Origin: Clostridia bacterium
GTDB lineage: Bacteria > Bacillota > Clostridia > Christensenellales > UBA1242
Assembly (NCBI GenBank): GCA_045650505.1
Contig: JAZRRE010000003.1
Location: forward strand, 11,759 to 75,758
DNA length: 64,000 nt
Direction: 5' to 3'
Shown one piece after another: positions 34,866 to 43,562 of this stretch (positions are counted from its first letter, which is position 1; each line of letters begins with the position of its first letter). Made by a program: the position numbers and the translations under genes. Under the pieces are notes generated by a model. The model searched no databases, had not been told where the DNA came from, and worked only from the letters and a program-made list of their open reading frames with translations.

Positions 34866-34894
34866 AAAAGTGCCGACTAGTTCGGCATTTTTTA
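34864..34894 (+). terminator. Terminator after the NUDIX gene
   Basis: A6, then GTGCCGA-ctagt-TCGGCA, then T6. Confidence 0.8.
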
Positions 34895-35104
34895 TTTGCT
34901 GGTTTTAATTATTCAAAAAACGCAAATCTGCTCTTAATCTTGATAAAATAGGGTATTATGTTTCACATAACACTTTATTTTTCTCATATTTTTAGGCTGC
35001 TAATTAAAAAATTAATGCCTTTTGAAGTTTGGTTAATTTGTTATTGCGTAGTTATAGATTTTATGATAATATATAATCACCGAGCAATTATTTAGGAGAC
35101 AAAA

Positions 35105-35503
35105 ATGGAAGAAGAAAAGAAATATACAATGGCTGAACTTTTAGCTGAAGAAGATGCCAGACTTGCAGAAGAGGCAAAAAAAAGAGAGCAAGAAAGAATT
35201 GAGTATCAAGAAAAACTTCGCATTGAAAAAGAGCAAAGACATCAAGCATATCTTGAAATGAAAGAACAAAAACGCCTTGAGTGGGAAGCAGAGAAAGAAA
35301 GAAGAAGACTTGAGTGGGAAGCAGAAAAAGAAAGACGCGCTAACACTTTTGAAGATAAAACACTTACTTGCAAAAAATGTGGCAAAGAATGGGTGTGGGA
35401 AGCAAGTGAACAAAAGTTCTTTAAAGAAAAAGGTTTCTTTAGACCATCAATGTGCAAAGACTGCAGAAAATCAATCAAGGTTATTAACAATTTTAGACAA
35501 TAA
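35105..35503 (+). CDS. Coiled-coil protein with a C-terminal zinc ribbon (zf-trcl-like)
   Basis: CKKCGKEWVWEASEQKFFKEKGFFRPSMCKDCR, plus an internal direct repeat (RLEWEAEKERR x2). Confidence 0.7.
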   Translation: MEEEKKYTMAELLAEEDARLAEEAKKREQERIEYQEKLRIEKEQRHQAYLEMKEQKRLEWEAEKERRRLEWEAEKERRANTFEDKTLTCKKCGKEWVWEASEQKFFKEKGFFRPSMCKDCRKSIKVINNFRQ

Positions 35504-35536
35504 TTTATTGGTTTAAAAAAATAAAAATTTTTTACG

Positions 35537-35566
35537 AAATTGCTGACTTTTCAGCAATTTTTTTTA
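35537..35566 (+). terminator. Rho-independent terminator
   Basis: ATTGCTGA-cttt-TCAGCAAT followed by T8. Confidence 0.8.
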
Positions 35567-35589
35567 TTATATTCAAGAGAAATAATGCA

Positions 35590-35642
35590 TTTAGACAATA
35601 TTCGACAAAACAAGTCAAAATAAGACAAAATTCAACAAAACA
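35590..35642 (+). promoter_or_regulatory. Phased array of 0A-box-like repeats upstream of spo0A
   Basis: TTAGACAAT, TTCGACAAAA (a perfect reverse 0A box TGTCGAA at 35601-35607), AGTCAAAA, AAGACAAAA and TTCAACAAAA are spaced ~10 nt apart. Confidence 0.45.
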
Positions 35643-35736
35643 AAATTTGTGAATCTTTGCGATAATAGATTAAAAGATGCTAAAATTTTCGTGTTGCGAT
35701 TTTTAGCAAAAAATAAAATTTTCAAGGAAGTTTTTT

Positions 35737-36498
35737 ATGGAGAAAAATTTTAATCTGCTTATTGCAAATGATAACGAAGAAGAATCAAAATTGATTTGTG
35801 AAAAACTTACAAAAGACAACGACTTATATGTGATTGAAAACACTAAAAGTGGAAAAGACGCGATTAATTTTGTTAAAGATAAAGAATATGATATTGTAAT
35901 TCTTGATTTAGTGCTTGAAGGCAGTGATGGTTTTGAAGTTATTGAAACAATCAAAAATGCTGGCTATAAAACCAAGATAATTGTCATCACTTCACTTTGC
36001 AGTGAAACTTTTATCAATAAAGCAATTTCAATGGGTGTTGATTATTACATTTTAAAACCTATTAGCACAGATGTGCTTTCAAAAAGAGTGAAAGATTTGC
36101 TTGCACCAACAAAACTTAAAGTTGCTGGTGGTGCTCCAATGCTTACCGGCAGAGAAGTTGAAGAGAGAATAACCAATATATTTATCACTGTTGGAATTCC
36201 TGCTCATATTAAAGGCTATCAGTTTTTGAGAGAGGCAATCAAACTTGCGATGGAAGACCCAGACATTATTAATTCAATCACAAAGAAACTATATCCATCT
36301 ATTGCTGAAAAATTTGACACCTCTGCTTCAAAGGTTGAAAGGGCAATCAGGCACGCAATTGAAGTGGCTTGGAATAGGGGCAAAATTGAAAATATAAACA
36401 GCATTTTTGGGCTTACAATTTATGCAAACAATGAAAAGCCAACAAATGGTGAATTTATTGCGTTAGTTGCTGATAAAATGCTGTTAGATGTTAATTAA
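35737..36498 (+). CDS. spo0A: Sporulation master regulator Spo0A
   Basis: Receiver domain (DIVILDLVL) plus the Spo0A-specific C-terminus (GIPAHIKGYQFLREAI...SKVERAIRHAIEVAWNRG). Confidence 0.95.
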   Translation: MEKNFNLLIANDNEEESKLICEKLTKDNDLYVIENTKSGKDAINFVKDKEYDIVILDLVLEGSDGFEVIETIKNAGYKTKIIVITSLCSETFINKAISMGVDYYILKPISTDVLSKRVKDLLAPTKLKVAGGAPMLTGREVEERITNIFITVGIPAHIKGYQFLREAIKLAMEDPDIINSITKKLYPSIAEKFDTSASKVERAIRHAIEVAWNRGKIENINSIFGLTIYANNEKPTNGEFIALVADKMLLDVN

Positions 36499-36504
36499 AA
36501 ATAA

Positions 36505-36532
36505 AAAGTGCAGTTCTGCACTTTATTTTTTT
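36505..36532 (+). terminator. spo0A terminator
   Basis: AAAGTGCA-gttc-TGCACTTT followed by a T-run. Confidence 0.8.
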
Positions 36533-36657
36533 GGGTAATTTTGCCTAAAACTAGTTATTTTAAGGGCTTTTTTAATACAAAACATTTATATTCATTAGAC
36601 TTTTTAGATTTATTTGTATAAAATAGTCGGGTAAGCATAAAAAAAGGAGACTTAAAT

Positions 36658-39273
36658 ATGGATATTTATGTTAAAGATGAAGAGTCATTGCTTGCGCAAA
36701 TAAAGCAAATTAAGGATGCTCAAAAAGAATATTCAACTTACACCCAAGAACAAGTTGATAAAATCTTTAAGGCAGTTGCTATGGTTGCTAACGATAATAG
36801 AATCAACCTCGCAAAAATGGCTCACGAAGAAACAGGTATGGGCGTTATGGAAGACAAGGTTATTAAAAACCATTTTGCTTCTGAATATATTTATAACGCA
36901 TACAAAGACACAAAAACTGTTGGTGTTGTTGAAGAAGATAAGGCTTATGGTTATGCAAGAATTGCTGACCCAATCGGTATTATTGCCGCAATTGTTCCAA
37001 CAACAAACCCAACTTCAACCGTTATTTTCAAAGTGCTTTTAGCCTTGAAAACAAGAAATGGTATTATTATCAGTCCACACCCAAGAGCAAAAAATTGCAC
37101 AATTGAAACTGCTAGAATTTTGCTTGAGGCTGCTGTTAAAGCAGGTGCTCCAAAAAATATCATTGGTTGGATTGATGAACCAAGCGTTCCACTTTCAAGT
37201 GTTGTTATGAAGAGTTGTAACATTATTCTTGCAACAGGTGGTCCTGCAATGGTTAAGGCTGCTTATAGTTCAGGCAAGCCAGCAATCGGTGTTGGTCCTG
37301 GAAATGTTCCTGCAATCATTCACAAATCTGCAGACATTAAACTTGCTGTAAGTTCAATCATTCATTCAAAGATTTTTGATAATGGTATGATTTGTGCTTC
37401 AGAGCAAGCAGTTTTAACTGATGAATCAATTTATGATGAAGTTAAAGCAGAATTTCAAAAGAGAAATTGCTATTTCTTAAATGATGAAGAAAAGGCAAAA
37501 GTTGTTGAAGTTATGTTCAAAGAGGGTGCTCTTAACGCTAACATTGTTGGAAAATCAGCATTTGCAATTGCTGATATGGCAGGGGTTAAAGTTCCTGAAA
37601 GCACAAAAGTTTTAATGGCTGAAATCACAGATTATAATATTGCCACTGAAAAGTTTGCTCGTGAAAAACTTTCACCGGTTCTTGCGTTCTATAAATACGC
37701 TGATTTTGAAGAAGCAATTATTGGTGCTAAACGCCTCATCAAAGATGGTGGTTACGGACACACTTCTTCACTTTATATCAACACAGTGACAGAATCAGAA
37801 GATTTTGCTCATTATCAAGATAAAATGAGAACTTGTCGTATCGTTATCAACTCACCATCAGCATTTGGTGGAATTGGTGATGTTTACAACTTCAAACTTG
37901 CTCCATCACTCACACTTGGTTGTGGAACTTGGGGTGGAAACTCTGTTTCAGAAAACGTTGGTGTTAAACACCTTCTCAATATTAAAACTGTTGCAATTAG
38001 GAGAGAAAATATGTTGTGGCTTCGACTTCCAGAAAAAGTATATTTTAAAAAGGGCTGCCTTCCTGTGGCTCTTAAAGAACTTAAAGAAGTTATGAACAAA
38101 AAGAAAGTTTTTGTTGTTACTGATAACTTCTTATTTAACAATGGTTATGTTAAACCTGTTATTGACGCTCTTTATGATATGGGCATTGAATCACAAGTGT
38201 TCTTTGATGTTCCACCAGACCCAACACTTTCTTGCGCGAAGAAGGGTGCTGAACTTATGAAATCTTTTGCACCTGATGCAATCATTGCTGTTGGTGGTGG
38301 TTCTGCTATGGACGCTGCTAAAATTATGTGGGTTTTATATGAACACCCAGAAGTTGAATTTGCTGATATGGCAATGAGATTCAGCGATATTAGAAAGAGA
38401 GTTTACACATTCCCAAAAATGGGTGAAAAGGCATACTTTATTGCTGTTCCAACAAGTTCAGGAACCGGAAGTGAAGTGACTCCATTTGCAGTTATCACTG
38501 ATGACGCAACAGGAATTAAATATCCACTTGCTGATTATGAACTTCTTCCAAATATGGCTATTGTTGAAACTGATATGATGATGAGTGCTCCAAAGGGCTT
38601 AACTGCTGCTTCTGGTATCGATGCTCTTATTCATAGTTTAGAGGCTTATGTTTCAGTTATGGCTTCTGATTACACCGATGGTCTTGCACTTCAAGCAATC
38701 AAAATGATTTTTGAATATCTTCCAAGATGTTATAACGACGGTCAAACAGACTTTGTTGCTCGTGAAAAAATGGCAAATGCTGCAACAATGGCAGGTATTG
38801 CTTTTGCAAACGCATTCCTTGGTGTTTGCCACAGTTTGGCACACAAACTTGGTGCTTTCCACCACATTCCTCACGGTATTGCAAATGCTCTTGTTATTGA
38901 AGATGTAATTCGTTTTAATGCAAGTGAAACACCAACAAAGATGGGAACATTCCCACAATATGACCACCCAAAGACACTTCGCAAATATGCAGAAATTGCT
39001 GAAGCTCTTGGTCTTAAAGGCAAAACTGATGAAGAAAAACTTGAATCACTCATCAAAGCAGTTGCTGACCTTAAAGAAAAAGTGGGAATCAAGAGAACCA
39101 TTGCTGAATATAATGTTACTGAAGAAAACTTTGTTAAATCTCTTGATGATATGTGTATGCAAGCATTTGATGACCAATGCACAGGTGCAAACCCAAGATA
39201 TCCACTTATCTCTGAACTTAAACAAATTTATGAAAATGCATTTTATGGCACTTTCGGAAGAAATATAAAATAA
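36658..39273 (+). CDS. adhE: Bifunctional acetaldehyde-CoA / alcohol dehydrogenase
   Basis: 871 aa. The N-terminal ALDH domain and C-terminal iron-type ADH domain (GGGSAMDAAK, ...HSLAHKLG...HG) are colinear with AdhE. Confidence 0.95.
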   Translation: MDIYVKDEESLLAQIKQIKDAQKEYSTYTQEQVDKIFKAVAMVANDNRINLAKMAHEETGMGVMEDKVIKNHFASEYIYNAYKDTKTVGVVEEDKAYGYARIADPIGIIAAIVPTTNPTSTVIFKVLLALKTRNGIIISPHPRAKNCTIETARILLEAAVKAGAPKNIIGWIDEPSVPLSSVVMKSCNIILATGGPAMVKAAYSSGKPAIGVGPGNVPAIIHKSADIKLAVSSIIHSKIFDNGMICASEQAVLTDESIYDEVKAEFQKRNCYFLNDEEKAKVVEVMFKEGALNANIVGKSAFAIADMAGVKVPESTKVLMAEITDYNIATEKFAREKLSPVLAFYKYADFEEAIIGAKRLIKDGGYGHTSSLYINTVTESEDFAHYQDKMRTCRIVINSPSAFGGIGDVYNFKLAPSLTLGCGTWGGNSVSENVGVKHLLNIKTVAIRRENMLWLRLPEKVYFKKGCLPVALKELKEVMNKKKVFVVTDNFLFNNGYVKPVIDALYDMGIESQVFFDVPPDPTLSCAKKGAELMKSFAPDAIIAVGGGSAMDAAKIMWVLYEHPEVEFADMAMRFSDIRKRVYTFPKMGEKAYFIAVPTSSGTGSEVTPFAVITDDATGIKYPLADYELLPNMAIVETDMMMSAPKGLTAASGIDALIHSLEAYVSVMASDYTDGLALQAIKMIFEYLPRCYNDGQTDFVAREKMANAATMAGIAFANAFLGVCHSLAHKLGAFHHIPHGIANALVIEDVIRFNASETPTKMGTFPQYDHPKTLRKYAEIAEALGLKGKTDEEKLESLIKAVADLKEKVGIKRTIAEYNVTEENFVKSLDDMCMQAFDDQCTGANPRYPLISELKQIYENAFYGTFGRNIK

Positions 39274-39286
39274 TTAAAAAATAAAC

Positions 39287-39325
39287 AAAAAAGGGTTCTA
39301 TTTTAGAACCCTTTTTGTTTTTGTT
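39287..39325 (+). terminator. adhE terminator
   Basis: GGGTTCTA-ttt-TAGAACCC followed by T-runs. Confidence 0.85.
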
Positions 39326-39398
39326 TGACTTTGAGTTTTTAATGTTGATATACTTAACTTAATTATAGAAAAATTAAGACTTAAGAGGATTTTACACT

Positions 39399-42300
39399 AT
39401 GAGTATTTTAGGGGATATTAAAAAGACTGTTGTTGACAGAACAATACTTGTTGTTCAATTAAAGCAAGTTACAAAAGAATTAAAAGAAGTGTTGGCATGG
39501 ACAGCTGGTATTGCGTTAAGAAGAACAGGGGCTGAAAATGTAGAAGACAGAGTTAAAGGACTTATTGCAAAAAAAAGGGAGTTAACTGCTGCTATTCATA
39601 AAATTGACAAAGAAGCAATAAGTAAGAAGATAGATTCGGCTAAAGAAGGTGAAAAGTCTGGTTTTGTTGCAAAGAGAGATTCTTTGGATATGTCTTTTTG
39701 TGAATCGGAAATCGAAAGTTTAAGAGAATTGTTGTTAGCTTCAAGACAAACAGCAAAAGCTTATCAATCAAGAATAGAAATAGCTGAAAGTTTTATTCAA
39801 GATGCTCAAAGAGAGTTTGAAAGTGGAAAAATAACACAAGAACAATTTGAAGGGCGTGTTCAAAATCACAAACTTACAGTCGCACAACTCAAAAAGTCTA
39901 TAGAAGAGTGTCAAGAAGAACAAGTTGCAATAAAAACTCAAATTCTTGAAAACGAAGAATCAAGAGATGCTGCTTTTAAAAGTTACAGTTCAGAAACTCC
40001 TGAAAACGAAGGGTTGATTGATATGGAGAAATCAATAAAAACTTCAGAAGTTGATTTTGAAATTGCATCTATAGAAAGAACAATAAAAGCGATTGATGAA
40101 GCGTTAGAACGTGCAAATCAAAATATAACAAGTACCAAGGAAGAGATAAAAACTTATTCTGAAAAGTATAGTGGTGAACAGCTAAAATATATGGAAGAAA
40201 TGGCAAAAGAACGTATAAGTCATTTCGAAAATGAAATAAGTGCTCTTCAAAAAAATAAATCAGCATTTGAAGATATCCGAATGAATTTAACTTCAAAAAA
40301 GATAGGTATAGAAAATGAAGTTTCAAGAGAACATTTTGCAAGAGATGCAGAACATATTAGTGAAATTTCTAATAGATTTCGTTCTGGAGAAAGCATATCA
40401 ACACCTTCAGAGGGGGGAATTTCAACAACCCCTGAAGCACCAAAGCCAACTTTTGCTGATAGAATAAAAAAGGCTGGAGAGTTTATTGGCAAAGCTATAG
40501 AATCTGCAAGTGAAAAGTTAGAAGAAATTGGCGAAGCTATTGATGAAGGCAAAAAAGAAAGAGAAATTGAAAAACGTTTAAAAAAGGACCCTGTTGGGTA
40601 TTATAGAGAACTCATAAGCTTTAACGGTGAAAATATAAAGGAAGTAAATATTTCTAAACTTACTCATTCTGAATATAAACAATTATGTATCGAAGCAGTT
40701 AAATCAAATCCTACTGCATATAATTATATTCAAGGTCCACTTAAAGATGATATAACAATTTGTAAAATTGCAAAAGTTGCGATGGCAAGAAGAAAGATTG
40801 GACATTCTGAAGAACAATTAAATGAAGCCTATCCAACTGTAGTAAAAGAATTTCCATCAGAAATGAAAGATTTTAGTGCGACAGAATTTGTTGAATCACA
40901 TAACGGTGATTTTAGTAAAGCAATAGAAGATTTGATTGAAGCTGATAAGGCAAAAGAAGCAGCTGAAATTGAAAATTCAAGAAGAGAATTTGAAGAAAGA
41001 AATGCAGAAGCTGCTCAAGAATCTAAACCAGAAGAAAAAGGTGGTTTTGCCGGAATTGTTGCAAAATTAATTGGAAAAATTGGTGTTGCAAAAGAGGCGA
41101 AAAGAGAACTTGATGATTCAATTGAAAAAGTTGAAGAAATTGTTGAAGAAGTCCCAGAAGATGAAAGTGAGTTAGAAGCTCCAGCAGAAGAAGGTGAACT
41201 TGTTGTTGATGAGGGTGGAACAGATACAACTTCACCAAAAGATAAAGAACAAGATAAAAAGCCAACATTTAAAGAAAGAGTTTCTGGGTTGTTTGCACCA
41301 TTAGTGACTCTTGCAAAAGGTGTAAAGGAAAAACTTGAATCTGCAATTGAAACTGGTGAAATGGAAGTTGAAGCTACAAAAAAAGCTGAAAAAGATGAAA
41401 TTGAAAATTCTGCATTAGTTGAAGAAAATCCAGATAAGAAAAATGATGGCAAAGACAATGAAGTCAATCAGGCAGAAATTGATGAAGAAGAAGCTGCTAG
41501 AATTGCAGCCCTTGCAGAAGCAAGAGCAGCAGAAGCTGCAGAAGTGGAAGCAAAATTAGCTGAAGAAAATAAAAGAAAAGCAGAAGAAGCTGCGGTTGTT
41601 AAAAACGATAGTGAAATAGAAAATAATGCCACTGTGACCGATGGTTCAAAAATTGCGGGTAGTGAAGTTTTAGAAGATGCAGAAAAAGCAGCTGAACCTC
41701 CAAAGAAGAAAAAAGGTTTCTTTGCAAGACTTTTTAGAAGAGGTAAAGAAAAAGCTGTTGAAGAGAAAAAAGAAGACAACAAAGATGTTGAAGTTATTGA
41801 GAATGGTAGAGATGATTCAGCAGCCGTTGTAACCACTGTTACACCAGAAGAAATAGACAAAGAGAAAAAATCAGAAACCACAGTTATTGCAGGTGACAAG
41901 AAGTTAGAAGATGAAACTATTGAAGCTGAAATTACTGTTGACAAACCTGTTGCAGAAGAAGATAAAAGTGTTAAAAAAGAAGATAATTTAGAAGTAGATG
42001 TTATCGAAAATTCAGGTGATAGTTTAGAAGTTAAAACAGATGTTGTGCAAAATGACAATGCATCTCAAAATATTCAACCAAGCAATGTTGGTGGTGAAAG
42101 TGATGTTATTGTTAAAGAAGATAAAGATGCAGACCCAATAGAATTTACTTCTAAAAAACCATATCCTCAAGGTCAATCAAGATTGAAACTTTCAGCTGAA
42201 CAATTAAGGGCAATTGAGGCTGAAGCTGAAGCCGAAGTTAGGGCTCAAGTTACAGAACAACAATTCAAGAGATATAAAAGAACAAAGAGTGGCAAAGTTG

Positions 42301-42974
42301 CTAATATGATTAGAGATGCTATTGCTAAAAAGAAAGGTCAAGCTCTTGGAAAAATGGCAGAAGAAAGAAATAAACCAAAAGTTGAAGAGGTTGTTATTGA
42401 AGCTGCTCCAGAAGTTGTTGAGGTTGAAGAAATTGTAGAATCTACTCCAGAGGTTGTTGAGGCTGAAGAAGTTGTAGAGGTTGCTCCTGAAGAACCAAAG
42501 GTTAGCAAAGTTGCAGAATATATTTCAGCTTATGCTCAAGAATATAGCAGATTCTATTCAGTTAACACAGGTTCTCGTGGAACATCTATGGTTGATAAAC
42601 AAAGAAGACTCAACAGTTCAATGAAAAACTTTATTGAAAATCAAGTGGAACAGGTTTCTGTTAACAATAACGGTGAACTTAATGTTGATATGATGAAAAA
42701 AGTTAGTCACCCAATTAGCGAAGCAGATATGGCAGATTTGGTTGCTGATGAAAAAGCTATTTTAAGATTATTTGCAATTGCTTCAAATGATGGTTATAGA
42801 GGTGAAGATGGCAAGTGGAATAAGCTTACAGAAAAGAGAAGAATAGCACTTGCAGGAGTTCTTGTTAGTGTTGCTGAAAGAAAGATGGAAATTGAAAACA
42901 AAAGAGTTCAAGAGGCACAAGCACGCAAGGCTCAAGGATTACAAACAGACGGAGTTGAAAGAGAAAATGACTAA
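39399..42974 (+). CDS. Large (1191 aa) E/K/A-rich, predicted coiled-coil/low-complexity protein, unknown function
   Basis: Uninterrupted ORF with no signal peptide or TM. Short ordered segments occur near residues ~400-500 and in the C-terminal ~200 aa. Confidence 0.7.
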   Translation: MSILGDIKKTVVDRTILVVQLKQVTKELKEVLAWTAGIALRRTGAENVEDRVKGLIAKKRELTAAIHKIDKEAISKKIDSAKEGEKSGFVAKRDSLDMSFCESEIESLRELLLASRQTAKAYQSRIEIAESFIQDAQREFESGKITQEQFEGRVQNHKLTVAQLKKSIEECQEEQVAIKTQILENEESRDAAFKSYSSETPENEGLIDMEKSIKTSEVDFEIASIERTIKAIDEALERANQNITSTKEEIKTYSEKYSGEQLKYMEEMAKERISHFENEISALQKNKSAFEDIRMNLTSKKIGIENEVSREHFARDAEHISEISNRFRSGESISTPSEGGISTTPEAPKPTFADRIKKAGEFIGKAIESASEKLEEIGEAIDEGKKEREIEKRLKKDPVGYYRELISFNGENIKEVNISKLTHSEYKQLCIEAVKSNPTAYNYIQGPLKDDITICKIAKVAMARRKIGHSEEQLNEAYPTVVKEFPSEMKDFSATEFVESHNGDFSKAIEDLIEADKAKEAAEIENSRREFEERNAEAAQESKPEEKGGFAGIVAKLIGKIGVAKEAKRELDDSIEKVEEIVEEVPEDESELEAPAEEGELVVDEGGTDTTSPKDKEQDKKPTFKERVSGLFAPLVTLAKGVKEKLESAIETGEMEVEATKKAEKDEIENSALVEENPDKKNDGKDNEVNQAEIDEEEAARIAALAEARAAEAAEVEAKLAEENKRKAEEAAVVKNDSEIENNATVTDGSKIAGSEVLEDAEKAAEPPKKKKGFFARLFRRGKEKAVEEKKEDNKDVEVIENGRDDSAAVVTTVTPEEIDKEKKSETTVIAGDKKLEDETIEAEITVDKPVAEEDKSVKKEDNLEVDVIENSGDSLEVKTDVVQNDNASQNIQPSNVGGESDVIVKEDKDADPIEFTSKKPYPQGQSRLKLSAEQLRAIEAEAEAEVRAQVTEQQFKRYKRTKSGKVANMIRDAIAKKKGQALGKMAEERNKPKVEEVVIEAAPEVVEVEEIVESTPEVVEAEEVVEVAPEEPKVSKVAEYISAYAQEYSRFYSVNTGSRGTSMVDKQRRLNSSMKNFIENQVEQVSVNNNGELNVDMMKKVSHPISEADMADLVADEKAILRLFAIASNDGYRGEDGKWNKLTEKRRIALAGVLVSVAERKMEIENKRVQEAQARKAQGLQTDGVEREND

Positions 42975-43146
42975 TTTAGAAAATGAAGAATTAGAGCAAG
43001 TTCAAGAACAAGAAGAAGTTTCTGCTCCTGCTAAAATTGAAAAGATTTCACTTACTGAAATTACACAGGAAAAAGAAAAACAAGAAGATGAGAAAACAGA
43101 TGCTTTAGTTAAGCGAATTTTAGATAAGATTCTTGAAATAGAATAA
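42967..43146 (+). CDS. Possible small acidic protein (59 aa) overlapping the end of the 1191-aa gene
   Basis: Its ATG lies 8 nt before the upstream stop (ATGACTAA). MTNLENEELEQVQEQEEV...ILDKILEIE. Coding status is uncertain. Confidence 0.4.
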   Translation: MTNLENEELEQVQEQEEVSAPAKIEKISLTEITQEKEKQEDEKTDALVKRILDKILEIE

Positions 43147-43178
43147 AAAAAAGAAGAAGGGTAACCTTCTTCTTTTTG
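43146..43178. terminator. Bidirectional terminator
   Basis: A-run, then AAGAAGAAGG-gtaa-CCTTCTTCTT, then a T-run. Confidence 0.8.
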
Positions 43179-43185
43179 ATTGTTT

Positions 43186-43457
43186 AAAAAAGTCGAGCAC
43201 ACATTTCGTTATACAACACCGAAGTGGAAACCAAGTAGCCAGCTACTTCAAAGCTACCTCAAGGCACATAGAAGATTTCGCTTAATGCTGCTGCGGTCAG
43301 GCTCTGACATGGTTCACGAAGTTCTATTGCTTAAGACCTTGATATCAACACCGCTTGCTTGGTGCGACCTCCCATATCATATACCTAGATGTGCGGTCTA
43401 TCCTGCTATAGTAGATCTCAGGTTACAGGGCACTACTAGCTCCCCATATAGCTCGAC
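43186..43457 (-). ncRNA. ffs: Signal recognition particle RNA, long Bacillus-type (scRNA) with Alu domain
   Basis: The minus strand reads GTCGAGC..GGGGAGCTAGTAGTGCCCTGTAACCTG...TAGCAGG...GTGAACCATGTCAG..GCAGCAGCATTAAGCG...GCTCGAC+T6. This matches my recollection of B. subtilis scRNA blocks. Upstream promoter: TTGATT, 16 nt, TATAAT (43491-43464). Confidence 0.8.
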
Positions 43458-43562
43458 AAAAGTATTATATCATATCCACGCAAAAAATCAAGTGAAAAAT
43501 TTATACAAAAAGGTATTTAAAAGTAAAAAAATGTGTGATATAATGGCTCGTGGAGATTTTAT

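Noticed and set aside
21599-34894. Calling the island a prophage or integrative mobile element
   Set aside because: I could recognise no integrase, excisionase, transposase, replication, conjugation or phage structural genes. I found only the short att-like duplication at the left end and no matching repeat at the right end. It is therefore reported as an accessory island and not annotated as a mobile_element.
34958-34996. Tiny ORF (MFHITLYFSHIF) starting inside the repeated palindromic element, with an analogous start in the 46.9-kb copy
   Set aside because: There is no RBS, and the two copies diverge immediately after the shared element. The ATG is more likely just part of the palindrome.
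35141-35516. Alternative-frame ORFs (35141-35413 minus, 35242-35490 minus, 35277-35516 plus) within the zinc-ribbon gene
   Set aside because: They arise from the repetitive GAA/AAG-rich coding sequence. Only the 35105-35503 frame has an RBS and a recognisable zinc-ribbon motif.
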